NCBI RefSeq assembly: GCF_009914755.1
Contig: NC_060936.1
DNA length: 64,000 nt
Reading direction: 5' to 3' (one strand)
Source of the DNA: the human T2T-CHM13v2.0 reference genome, Homo sapiens
Shown here: positions 1 to 42,697 of the stretch, piece after piece
How positions within the stretch are numbered: position 1 is the stretch's first letter
Layout: every line of letters starts with the position of its first letter
Notes under the pieces: generated by a model
What the model was told of the DNA's origin: nothing
What the model saw: the letters and a program-made list of their open reading frames with translations, nothing else
Database searches by the model: none
Translations under genes and position numbers: made by a program

Positions 1-88
1 AGACAAGACAACTAACTACAATACCTGATTCTAGCCTGGATCTTATTCTGAAGGACAAAAATATTCTATAAAGAGCATTACTGGGTCT

Positions 89-232
89 GGCTGGCCATGG
101 TGGCTCATGCCTACCACCACAACACTTTGGGAACCTGAGGTGAGAAGATTGCTTGAGGCCAGGAGTTCGAGACCAGCTGGGCAACATAGTGAGACCCCGT
201 CTCTACCAAAAAAAAAAAAAAAAAAAAAAAAA
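89..232 (+). mobile_element. Alu monomer (FLAM-like)
   Basis: Left-arm Alu sequence with a poly-A tail, flanked by the TSD aaagagcatta(c/t)tgggtc. Confidence 0.85.
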
Positions 233-300
233 AGAGCATTATTGGGTCAATTGATAAAATTGGAAAATAGAAAGTAGATTAGATAAAAATATTGTATCAA

Positions 301-603
301 GGCCGGGCGCGGTGGCTCACGCCTGTAATCCCAGCACTTTGGGAGGCTGAGGCGGGCAGATCACGAGGTCAGGAGATCAAGACCATCCTGGCTAACACAG
401 TGAAACCCCGTCTCTACTAAAAATACAAAAAATTAGCTGGGCACGGTGGCGGGCGCCTGTAGTCCCAGCTACTCGGGAGACTGAGGCAGGAGAATGGCGT
501 GAACCCAGGAGGCGGAGCTTCCAGTGAGCCAAGATCCCGCCACTGCAGTCCGGCCTGCGAAAGAGTGAGACTCCGTCTCAAAAAAAAAAAAAAAAAGAAA
601 GAA
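301..603 (+). mobile_element. AluY-like element (antisense to MSI1, intron 9)
   Basis: ggccgggcgcggtggctcac start, AluY-type gagatcaagaccatcctggctaacac / ggcggagctt, TSD aaaaatattgtatcaa (285-300, 604-619). Confidence 0.92.
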
Positions 604-1319
604 AAAAATATTGTATCAATTATAAACTTAGGAAGTTGATAACTAAACTGTGGTTACATGAAAGAATATCCCTAATCTTAGGAAGCATCAAAGGGTAAAG
701 GGCCACGATGCATGTAACTAGCCCTCAAATGATTCAGTGAAAAATCACAAGTCTGTGTGTCTATACATGTGTACATACATATTTGCAAACACACATACAC
801 ACACATATATACACATAGAGTAAAACTGATCAACCAAAATGGGGGCAAAATGTTAAGAACAGGTGAATCTGATAACAGGGTATATGGATGTTCTTTGTAC
901 TGTTTTATTTTTGCAGCTCCTCTGAGTTTGGGATTACTTCCAAATAACATGTTAAAGAAAAAAGAAAAGCTTCAAGGAAGACTGTGCCCTATTTGGAGGC
1001 TGCTCGCCTCCCCGACTTCTGACCCTCTAGCCCATGCCGTGCCCCCTCCTCTGAATTCCCAGAGTACCTCTCTGTGTGCCACTCCCCCATGCCTGGCATA
1101 AAGACCCCCTTGTACTGTTCTCTTTCTGTGTGTACACATCTCATCTCCCCAGGGAGCCTATGAGCTTCCTGGGGGGCCAAACTCAGATTTACCACCCTCA
1201 GTCTTGGACCCAAAGCACAGCTGACTCCTGCTCAGCTTTCAAGGCTCATGGCAGCCTTCACCTCTTCCAGGAAGTCTCCTCAACCTCCAGGTGGGTTTAG
1301 GGGCCTCCCACAGCCTCCA

Positions 1320-1790
1320 GTCACTCTGTAGTGGCAGTGCCCATTTACTCCTGTCTCCAACTTGAAGGAGAGCCCCATGAGAGCAGGCTCTCCTTCTCAG
1401 AAGTTGCTCAATAAATATTACCTGAATGAATAAGACCAGGCAGCCTTCCTTTTGCCCCCTCCAAAGGCCTTTGGCCTTTGCAAATGCTGTTCCCTCCGCC
1501 TGGAACACTTTTCCCCTTCCCGTCTCTCCAGCCTCCCCATCACTGGCTCCTACTCCACCCGCAGACTCAACTTAAATGTAACTTCTTTTCCCACTTCTCC
1601 AAGTCACGGTCAAGTTCCCTGTGACCACACTCCCTCGGCACCCTACACTTCTGCATCTGAAATCTATTTTATCTTCTTACTTGTTTTCCCTGCCAGATTG
1701 TAAAGAAAGTCATTGTTGCAGTTCCTGGCATAATGTCTGGCATATAGAGTTGCTCAATAACTGTGTACTGGATGGATGAATGGATAGAGG
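1320..1790. mobile_element. L2 fragments followed by a (TGGA)n tract
   Basis: L2 3'-end signatures (tgctcaataaatat..., cctggcataatgtctggcatatagagttgctcaataa). Confidence 0.55.
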
Positions 1791-1874
1791 AATGGACAGA
1801 TGGAGGGATGGATGGACGAGAGAATGGACAGATTGACAGGACCAATGAATATGGTTGGACCTTTCTGCTGGCTA

Positions 1875-1890
1875 CCACCAGAGGGCAGCA
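1875..1890 (+). promoter_or_regulatory. CTCF motif candidate
   Basis: CCACCAGAGGGCAGCA matches the CTCF core; motif only. Confidence 0.5.
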
Positions 1891-2078
1891 CCCCCCAACC
1901 AAACCACCCCACCTTGGGTAGGACTGCCAGACCCGACAGATCCCTTGTCCCCACTCCTGCTCAATGACTCAGACAGGAGGAGGGCAGACCACAGGGGAGG
2001 TGCAACACCCACACAGCCCCTGCTAGTCCTGGGAGCAGTTCTGGCAGAAAGAAGCCGCAGGCGCAGGCTCGCGCATAC

Positions 2079-14268
<12,190 letters not shown>

Positions 14269-14297
14269 CGGGAGCCGCGGGCGGCGCGGGCAGCGGA

Positions 14298-14324
14298 GCG
14301 GCGGCGGCGGCGGCGGCGGCGGCG
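14298..14324 (-). repeat. (CGC)9 trinucleotide repeat immediately 5' of the MSI1 ATG (probable 5' UTR)
   Basis: Uninterrupted gcg x9 on the + strand, 30-56 nt upstream of the ATG. Confidence 0.92.
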
Positions 14325-15691
14325 CTCGGCGCGGGGCAGATGAGGAGCGCGGCGAAGGGGGCCGGACGGACAGGCCATGCTGCCCCCTCCCCCGACCCCG
14401 CTCGGGCGGGCGGGCGGGGACGGCCGAGGGGAGGGCCCGCCGGGGGCCGACCTGCCGGCTCCTCCCCCCGCCGCCCTGCGCGCATAAAGCCCCGCGCTCG
14501 CCCGCGAGCCCGGGCGCCCGCGGAGGCGGCGGCGCCGGGACCCCCTTCCCGCGGGGCTCCTGGGTCTCCGGGGCCGAGCGAGACCCCCGAATCCCGGTGC
14601 GGGCCGGGACCAGGGCGCGGCCGCACCCCCCACCCACCCCGGCGCGGGGGCCCGGCCGCGGGAACGCCCTCCCGGAATGAAGCGCTTCCCGGTGCCTTCA
14701 AGGTAGCTCGGTTCCGGATCGGGAACCCCCCCGGTCTTCCCTCTCAGGTCCCTGCTGTCCAGAATTGAAGAGAACCCCAATCTCCTCGGGTCGGGCGGGA
14801 GATAGCCCTAGTGCTCCCCAGTCCCCACATGCTCCATTTCCCCAGTCGGAGCGAGAAGCCGCCCTCAGAGCCCCCAGTTTCCTCCCAACCTAATTTACAG
14901 CCCCCCACCCCCACCCCAGGGCTCTAATTTAGAGCCCTCGCTCCGTTCCCAGGATCCCATATCCAGTTTGGGGGACCCACTCAGTGCCTCGCGTCCCGAG
15001 TGGGGAACCTCCATCAGCACCCCAGTAGAAACCGTATCCTCTTCCCCAATCCGTCCTCAGCCCTTGGTGTCCAAAGTGAGAGTCCCCCTTAGTTTCCCCA
15101 AATCCCTGCCGTCCACATTAGTGGACCCTATGGTCTGTTGAGAAAATCCCGCGCCCCAAGCCCGGGTTCTCAGTTTGCCGCCACCCCCACCTCCCGGTGT
15201 GAGGAGTCTCCCCTGGTTCTCTCCCTCCCTGGCCGGTTTTTGTGAGATCCATTCAGACTCCTGTCCTGATTCGGGAAACCCGGTTCCAGACACTCACCAC
15301 CCCCACCACACCGAGGCTGGAGGAAAAGGCAGTGCCTCTTAGAGCCTCCTGTTTCCAGTTTAGGAGCCCAACGCCTCAGCTGTGCACCGTCCCCTCCGAA
15401 TGACCCCCTTCTTTTGCAGAGGTCTAAGCTCCACCCCATCCCATTGGAAGAGCCTAAACTACCTACCCACTGCATTTGGAATGACTTCCCTCAGTCCCTC
15501 TTATTTTGAGGCTACTCCCCGTGAAGGCAAACACCTTCCTTTCTACCCCCATCTTCTGGGTCTCTGGGATCCCCCAGTACTTGCACCCAAGGCTCCTTGG
15601 AGTCACCTTACGTACCCCTAAAATTCCCTCCCTCCAGCCTGGGAACAACCCTGAGAAAGTATTCTGGTTCACCAGGGGAGCTGCGGGGCCA

Positions 15692-15767
15692 CTCTCCTTA
15701 TCCCCACCTCTCCTTATCCCCGCCTCTCCATATCCCCACCTCTCCATATTCCCACCTCTCCATATCC
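15692..15767 (+). repeat. 16-bp minisatellite (ctctccwtatccccac) x ~4.75
   Basis: Units start at 15692, 15708, 15724, 15740 and 15756. Confidence 0.9.
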
Positions 15768-16531
15768 AAGCCTTAGGACCCTTCACTTCCCCAGCTGAAA
15801 CCAGCCAAAAAAGGATCAAACCAGGAAGCTTAGGTGGCCAACACCCCTTCTCCCCATCCCTGCTGGGGGTCTCAGTGCCACACAAGCCCCTCCCTCCCAA
15901 CTCACCTTCTACTCCTTCCCCCATCCCTACCTTAATCCATCCGGTGTAATCCAGTGACAACCCATGTTGACAAGCCCTTTGCTGTTCACCTTCACATTCC
16001 ATCCTGAATTCAACACCTTTTATTCCTGGGCATCATAACTCTGACCTCTGGAAGGGTGCCCATCCCCCTCTTGATAGCCCTCCTTCCCTCTCCCCACCCC
16101 AACCATCAGGCAGAGAAGAAAGTGAGAGACTTACAGTAATGGTTTCCTTGGGGACCTTCTGGGAATGCTCAGCAGGTATATCCTGCCACCCTGTGAGCAT
16201 AACACTAGAAACAAACTTGCTTTTTCCTGTTTGTGTCCCCTACTCTGCCCCACAGTTTCTCAGCATCCCCTGGACTGGGGACTGGAGGGCCACCCACACA
16301 AGGCATTTCTTACCATTCCGACACAAAAGCATTCCAGTTTGTGTTGTAGCAGAGACACAGATGAGGGTGAGCAGGTAGCCTCTGCGGTATTAGGGAGGTG
16401 ACTCTTCTTAGGTCTGAACTTAAAAAGGGTCATTGGAGAGGTGCGGGGAGTAGGGATCTTCCAGTGTTCCTGGACTTTGGTTTGTGTGCTGGTGCTGCTG
16501 GGCAGATGAGCTTGAAGGATAGGAAATGGGT

Positions 16532-16882
16532 CCTTTCCGGCAGTGGCGACCTACCCACGAGAACATGCCTCTCGACAGGGATCTCCTTCATCCTTCTCCA
16601 GAAGAGAAGAGGAAACAGAAGAAGAAACGCCTGGTGCAGAGTCCCGATTCCTACTTCATGGATATGACATGCCCAGGATGCTATAAAATCACCATGGTCT
16701 GTAGCCATGCACAAACGGTAGTTTTGTGTGTTGCCTGCTCCACTGTTCTCTGCCAGCCTACAGGAGGAAAAGGAAGGCTACAGAAGGATGTTCCTTCAGG
16801 AGGAAGCAGCACCCAAAGCACTCTGAATCAAGATGAGTGGGAAACCATCTCAATAAACACATTTTGGATTAAAAAAAAAAAA
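16532..16882 (+). pseudogene. RPS27 (eS27) processed pseudogene, full length
   Basis: Intronless copy with a 5' TOP-like start cctttcc and ATG at 16565, translating [69 protein letters not shown]. It has a 1-nt frameshift near 16779, AATAAA at 16852-16857, an A12 tail and an 11-bp TSD aggaaatgggt (16521-16531 / 16882-16892). Confidence 0.96.
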
Positions 16883-17649
16883 GGAAATGGGTAAAGGCAT
16901 CTGTTCAGAGTCAGCCAATGCTGTGTAAGAAGTAGCTTGAGATAGGATCCATGTATTAGCATATTCATTCAGAATCTGAGGAGGAAGCGTCTACCTCTTT
17001 TGGTCAGTAGCTTGTTTGTATCACAGTAACATGGGTTAGACTTAGACAAATCCTCTTTCAGTGCAGGTGTATCTCAGCTGCAGCAGCTTCAGTCCACTTT
17101 GTTCACAATAGGGGCGACAAGCCCTTCTAGAGGTAGCCCTCACAGGACAATGCAGTTGTAAACTCATGATCCTCATAGTAAATTGAGGATCTCAGTGGTA
17201 TTAAGGAAAAATGATCTTTAGAGCAACAGGCCCAGACTTCAGAATTAAGAGATTAGAGGATGTGGTTCCAGCTCTTTTTCTCTGGTACTACACACACAGA
17301 ACATCACTCAAAGAATAAAAGAAGAATTTGCTTTATAGTTTTTAAAAAATCCTCTTGAGAAAGACAGTGGGCAAATGATATTATGCAACTTGGCACAGGT
17401 ATTTACCGAACATCTTCTATGTACTAGACACTGTCCTAGGTGTTGTAGTCCCAGCAGCTGCCTTTGTAAAGCTTGCATTCTAGAGATGAGAGTCATACAA
17501 GTAAATGAATGAATGAATGAGTCAATGAATGAATGAGTGAATGAATGAATAAACAATAGATAAATAAATGGTGTGTTCAGTTAGATGTTGTAGGTGCCAC
17601 AGAGAAGGAAGGGTGATAGGGAGGGTGGGTACTATTGGGAAGAAGGTGA

Positions 17650-22006
<4,357 letters not shown>

Positions 22007-23286
22007 GATACACATCTTTTTAACCAAGTCATTTGAATCACTGCAATAATTAAATGTAGTAGGTTCTATTAATGTGCTTGCCTTACAGATGACGAAGCTG
22101 AAACTCAAACATCTGAAGTGACATGCCCAAGGTCATGCAGCTGGCCAGTCTAAAAATCTAGCTCTACCTGACCCAAACATTATGCTACACTCTGTCTCCA
22201 TTCCCCACCCCCCGACTTTCCCCACTGCCCTGGCAGGGAGGGAATTAAATAAACTATTCTGCTTGCCCAGCTGAGAACACCCACAGTCTGTCCAGACCTG
22301 CTGACTCTCCCACTTTCTCACTTTCTCACTGTCGCTTCCAATGACAGCCAGGGCTGGTTTGATGTGTCGGTGAAAGGGGGGATGCTTCAGAGTTCTATGG
22401 TTTCAGCATCTGAAGTCACCTCTCTGCTGTAATTAACTCTGTGATTTAATCTGCTCAACTAATCATTCTACAATTCAGGGGCCAAAGACAAAGATGTTAA
22501 GAGGATGCCTCCTTTATGTTTTATTGTTTTTAATGTTTATTTTGGGAAACTGAAACTGTGGACCTGGAGAAGTGAAACCGCAGGTCTGTCAGTGCTGACG
22601 GTGGGAAAGGGGTGCCAGGCTGCAGGCAGGGGCTTCTCTTACACTTAGGCCAGACCTAAAGGTGAAGGGCTGGCTAGAGGGGAGGTTCTCATCTCTGAGC
22701 CCCATCTGGAGAACAAAGCACCCTCCCTAGAGCCCAGGTTTTCAGGGACCAGGGAAATAGTTTTTGGAGTTTGTGAACTTAGTGGAAAAAGTATTAGGGA
22801 GTTAGGAGCCTGGGGCTCCACCTCTGACCTTGAAACAGGCTCTTCCCCTCTCTGAGCGCTAGTTTATTCATGTGCAAAATGGAAAGTGGCATATTATTCC
22901 AGAGATGGAAAATTGGTTTCAGTTTTTCTACTTGGCCTCTCAAATTACCTCCAAAATGACTGGTAGTGGCTAGGGCTGGGCAAGGATAGAAATCGGGTGA
23001 TTGATTAGTGATGTCTGCCTTGGTGCAGGTAGTCATGGAACAGTAGAAGGTGTGCTATAGCGTTGCCTTCTCTGGACTAGATGATCACTACATCCTTTCC
23101 AGTTTTGGTCTTCTAGAGACCTTACAACAAGAAGGGCAAGGATTAAGAGCTACGCAGCACCCCCAGGAGTCAGACAACCAAGGGAGGAACCATCAAAGTG
23201 ACAATTTTATTAATAATGATAATACATGATTCTATATGTGGAGGAAAAGAATTTACATCAAACCATAAGCCATTTGCATCAAACCA

Positions 23287-23470
23287 TTAATGTGGTGGGG
23301 AGGCGTGTGTGTTAGTATGAGTATGAATTTTTTCTGTGAGTATAGATTTATCTTAACAACCAGAAAACAGTAAAAACTGTTTAACGTGGTGGGGAGGCGT
23401 GTGTGTTAGTATGAGTATGAATTTTTTCTGTGAGTATGGATTTATCTTAACAACCAGAAAACAGTAAAAA
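23287..23470 (+). repeat. Tandem duplication, 94-bp period, two 90-bp copies
   Basis: 23287-23376 and 23381-23470 differ at only 2 positions. Confidence 0.95.
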
Positions 23471-23565
23471 TAATTTAAATGAGTCTATTTAAAGACTGTT
23501 CAAGAACACTGATAGCAGCATTATTCATAATAAGCAGAAATTGGAAGTAATCCAAACGTCCATCA

Positions 23566-26555
<2,990 letters not shown>

Positions 26556-27824
26556 CTACATCCGTGAATCTATTTCCACCAGCAGAGAAATTCACCACGG
26601 CTCAGCGTCCCCAAGACTGGGTGAGAAAATCACAAAAGATCAAATTTGGCAGAAGCTAATCAAGAGTTTACTTTTTGGTCTCAGCATCATATCCCAATTT
26701 TTTAGTGTGTCACATGTAACATGTAACTAATAACAACAAAGTAGATATTGACAACTTTACTGAGCCCTTACCATGTACAGCATGGTGCTAAGAGCTTTCC
26801 TGTCTGATCGCATTTAATCCCCTCTACAGTCTTCTAAAGTTAGTTCTATGATGATCCTCCCATGTTGTAGATGGGGAAACTGAGGCTCAGCAAACTTACC
26901 CAAGGATACTACACTCAGAAATGGCAAAGAGGGGATTCAAAGGCAAGTGTCTCTGGTTTCTGGTCTGGTATTTTTAACCACTACCTCTACTGAAGCTTGA
27001 GAATGCTTTCTTTGCCTTAAATAAATAAATGAAGAAGAAAAAGAAATAAACAAATGAGGAGAAGTGGAGTCAAGGTTATGTCTATAAATAACGTCACTCT
27101 TGCTCCCTGGCCTTTGGACAAGCTCTCCAGAGGGAGAGAGGAAGAGCTGGGGTTACGCAGAATTCAGACTATCTTATCTGAACACCATGGAAGCATGAGT
27201 CACGTGGGAATGCCATTCATCAGGAGTGTCCCAATTTTAAAAAGGTTGAGAAAGGCTGCCTTGGAGAGCCTCTGATGCCCCCCTCTTGCTTTATGGATAA
27301 ACTTAGAGATCCAAAGAAAGAATTATTTTTCCCAAGGTCACACAGCTAGTACTCAGCGGCTACATCTTTGCCTCTTCTCTTCTCAGTGAATGAATCAAAT
27401 GTGCCTTTTCCACCGTGTCAGGTACTCTGGAGGTATCCACACCTGAATAAGGCTTGCTGACAGTTCTTGAGGCATTTACGCTCCAGTAAAGGGACAAATT
27501 ATATCCCAAAGCAAAGTATGAGAGCCTTAAGAGAGCTTTGGAAGCTCAAGGGAGGGAGGGAGTACAGTGGGTTGGAGAGGAAAGGGAAGGCTGGCATCTA
27601 AGCTGGGTCGGAAAAGCAGAAACAGAGAAGTGGGCACTCCTCAAAGGAGAGCCAGTGGGTACTTGTGTTGGCTGAACTGTGTATTTACCACCGGCCCAAC
27701 TATTGCCTCTAGTGTCCACCATGATGTTGAGTCAACATTAAATTATTGGTTAACTGATGCAGAATAGAACTCATTCAGGGTGGTTTCGGGGGCAGAAAAA
27801 AAATTAAATTAAAAAACTCATTTG

Positions 27825-30930
<3,106 letters not shown>

Positions 30931-31139
30931 TTTCATCTTTTTAAAATTTCTTTTGCATAGATGTTTGTAACATAGATATTATAACAGTAGAGTATGTATA
31001 TATTTTGTAAATATATAAATGTATGTATGCTAGAAATATGAGCTCAAAGATTGTTTCCTCTTAGGGATGTATCATCACAAAAATTTGGAGATCATTTCTT
31101 AAGACAGCAAAGACAAAGATTAAAAACAATTATTATAGG

Positions 31140-33445
<2,306 letters not shown>

Positions 33446-34569
33446 AAAATAATTATCATAAAATAAATACATGATCATAGTAAGAAAATATCTTTTTTCA
33501 AACAGCACAGAATGGTACTAAGTGACTTCTCTCCATGCTCTATTTCCACTCTTCAAAGGAAATAAAGGATACTACAATTTATGATGTTTTTTCCCCAAAT
33601 TTATTCCATACAGATAGAAATGTGCGATATGTGTATACATGTTTGTGTGTAGATATTTCCTTTTCCTCTTATGCAAATGAGATCATATTCCATTCAATGT
33701 ACTGCCTTTTTCTCTTGGCAATGTGTCAATTACCATTCCATATCAATACAGTTTTCTTAATGGCTTCGTAATATGGGCTTCCCATACTCCCTGTCTCTTC
33801 ATCTTCAGACCTGAGGGCCCCACTGTTTCCCTCCAAGTTCTGAGTCCCAACGCCATCCTGCCTCGGACTTGTCAGTGACTTTGACCTCAATCGTTGCTCC
33901 TTCACGTGGCATTGTCAGGAGTCTCTAATATCCAGCAGGTGCCTGGCCCCATGGGCTTTATAAAAATGGCAGCTCCCTTCTTCTGCACCCTGTGCTATGC
34001 TAGGGCCAGCTGGGGGTACCATAGAATAATGCCCGAGGGTGTAGACTCCCTGTCTTACCAGCCGTATGACCTCAGGCAAGTGCCCTAACCTCTCTGAGCC
34101 TCAGTTTCCTCCGTTGCATTGAGGCTATTCACAGTCCCGTACAATGATGCTCACACAGCGCTGAGCCCAGGGCCCAGCTCCGAGCCAGTCGGCATCACGT
34201 GATCTTTCGGGAAGAAAAGGTGGGCAGAGCCCTGGGTCGGTGGCCACCTGCTTTTGGGTAGGGCACTAATACAGGGTGCTGAAGCGGGAAGGTGAGGCCG
34301 AGCTGGGCGGCCCTGGGAACCCGGGAAGGAGGCGAGGCTGGAGTGGAAACGATTAGAATGAGAGCAAACTGGCTCCTGAATAGAAGCTTTTATTCCTGCC
34401 GGAGAGGGCTTTGTTCCACAAACACGTGACACACAAAAGCCTCTACTTGAATTCGGGAACCCTAATTGGTTCTCAGGTGGGGGAGGAGAGGGGTGTCCGG
34501 ATTTAGGGATTCCTTAAAGGGACAATACTGTGGGGAGCTGAGCCCAGGGTTCCTCCCCATTGTCAGTGG

Positions 34570-35985
<1,416 letters not shown>

Positions 35986-36559
35986 TCTTAGGATGTCCCT
36001 TAAGGCCCTTCCTCCCTCTCCAGCCTGGCCCATCCCACTCTCACTCTCCCTCCCAGTGCTCCAGCCACACTGGCTGCCTTTCAGTTCCTGAGATACCCCA
36101 AACTAAGTCCTACCTCAGGACCTTTGCACCTGCTCTCCCGCCTACCTGGAATGCTTCCCACTTACCTGCCCCCCTCTTCCCATGGCAATCCTGCAGTTCA
36201 AGTATCACCTATACAGAAGAAGTCTTCCTAGACCCCCAGGCCTCTAGCCTATCACCCTGTTTTACTGTCCTCAAGCCCTTAACACTCACAGACATTGATG
36301 GAAAATGGCGATTGTGCTCAGCTCTATCCCCTGCCCTCAGCACAATGCTTAACACACAGCAGAAGATCAAAAGATACCTGAGACTATCTGGCTGGCTGAG
36401 TGGAAAGGGAGCAGTGGCTGCAATAATGCCCATCCTTTCCTGGCTCCAGAGCCATTGTTCTTAGGGTTAGCTGAGCTCAAGCCTCCCTTTGAAACTTTCT
36501 AGCCGTGTGGCCTTGGGCAAGTCACTTTGTCTCTGACTTCATTTTCCTTTTTAAAAAAT

Positions 36560-39443
<2,884 letters not shown>

Positions 39444-39689
39444 AGTTACTTATTTTAGAAGTTATATTTGAGCACCTATTCTGTGCCGAGCCCTGGCATG
39501 AGCTGTGAACAGGCCATATCTATCCTAGATGTGCACTAATGGGGCTTTGGAGGGTGGCAACAGGAGGCCCGGTGAAATCCCCGGTGAGAGCAGCCTTTTC
39601 GCCGTGGCCTGCCGTGAAGCACTATGGCAGCACCCACACCTGCCAGGACTGAAGGTATTGTCGGGCCCTCTCCTGCTCCCAGCTGCAGC

Positions 39690-39900
39690 CAAGGCCGTGT
39701 GTACAGGGCCCTTTAAGTAGTCTGTGCCCTCCCTAATTAACCAGCTAAAGAAAGAGCTGGCTTGAAATGGGATTGTGCAGACCCAGCTTTGGGACCCGAG
39801 GACGCCGGATCGGGGATTGTTATGCTAATCGCCTGAGATCAGCAGTTCCCGTGCCCTTCAGATGGCAGGTAGCGAGGCCGGGCTCTGCCCAGCGGCTGTG
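39690..39900. promoter_or_regulatory. Candidate distal enhancer with a SOX-OCT composite element
   Basis: ATTGTTATGCTAAT at 39816-39829, CTAATTAA at ~39733, E-box CAGATGG at 39859-39865, local CpGs, repeat-free. Confidence 0.55.
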
Positions 39901-40451
39901 GCTACAGGAGGCCAGGCTTTTCCTCCAGCTTCCGGCTTCCTCTGTTCCCCTCCTTACCCCGTCAGACTTGCCCTGCCTGTCCTCCCACCTGCCCGTTGGC
40001 TGGAAGGCTTGGCGTCTCCTAGAAATGTCCAGGCCAGCTCCTCCCACCCTCCAAAGAGAAACCTGCTTGCCTTCAAGCTGGGCGCTAATTGGGGATGCAG
40101 AGGCAGGAAGGAGAAGGTACCCAGCTCCTCCTCCTGTATAACCCATTCTCATCTCCAGGCATGAGAGCCTCATTGGTCCCTCCTGCCCCCTTGGGCTCTG
40201 GAAAACACACTAGGTGGTGCCTTTGCCGCTTACTAACTATACCATTTTGGGCAAGTGACTGCCTCTCAGAGCCTCAGTTTCCTAATCTGTAAAATAGGTT
40301 GATAATAACAGTAGCTACCTCAAAGGGTTGAAATGAGAATAGAATGAGAACAGGCATCTAACATAGCCAGTTCAATTGCTACTGCCCATCCAGCACTGGA
40401 TAATAGCTCCCTGTGTAGAGCACCCACTATGTGTCAGCCCTATGCTGTATC

Positions 40452-42507
<2,056 letters not shown>

Positions 42508-42697
42508 AGGTTAAGATTTTTAAAAAATAAATTTATTTAAAGAAAAATTCTATCTAAATAGCAGTTCGGGGTGTGCAGATATGGCCAAAAAATAAAAATA
42601 AAAAACAAAAAGCAAGCAAACAAACAAAACTTCAACCACTGAAGTTGGGGGTAATATAAGTGCTAGGCAATGCAGATGTATTCAGCTTCCCCTTCAA

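Larger units (their letters stand above)
1..965 (+). mobile_element. Ancient L1M-type 3' end fragment interrupted by two Alus
   Basis: Diverged L1M 3'-UTR-like text (actgtggttacatgaaagaatatccct...ctcaaatgattcag...ggtgaatct...tgttctttgtactgttttatt); subfamily uncertain. Confidence 0.55.

Noticed and set aside
23287-23470. Direct repeats (also 15692-15767 and 59432-59548) as a CRISPR-like or other repeat-spacer array
   Set aside because: Simple tandem copies without unique spacers, in a primate genomic context with no cas-like ORFs
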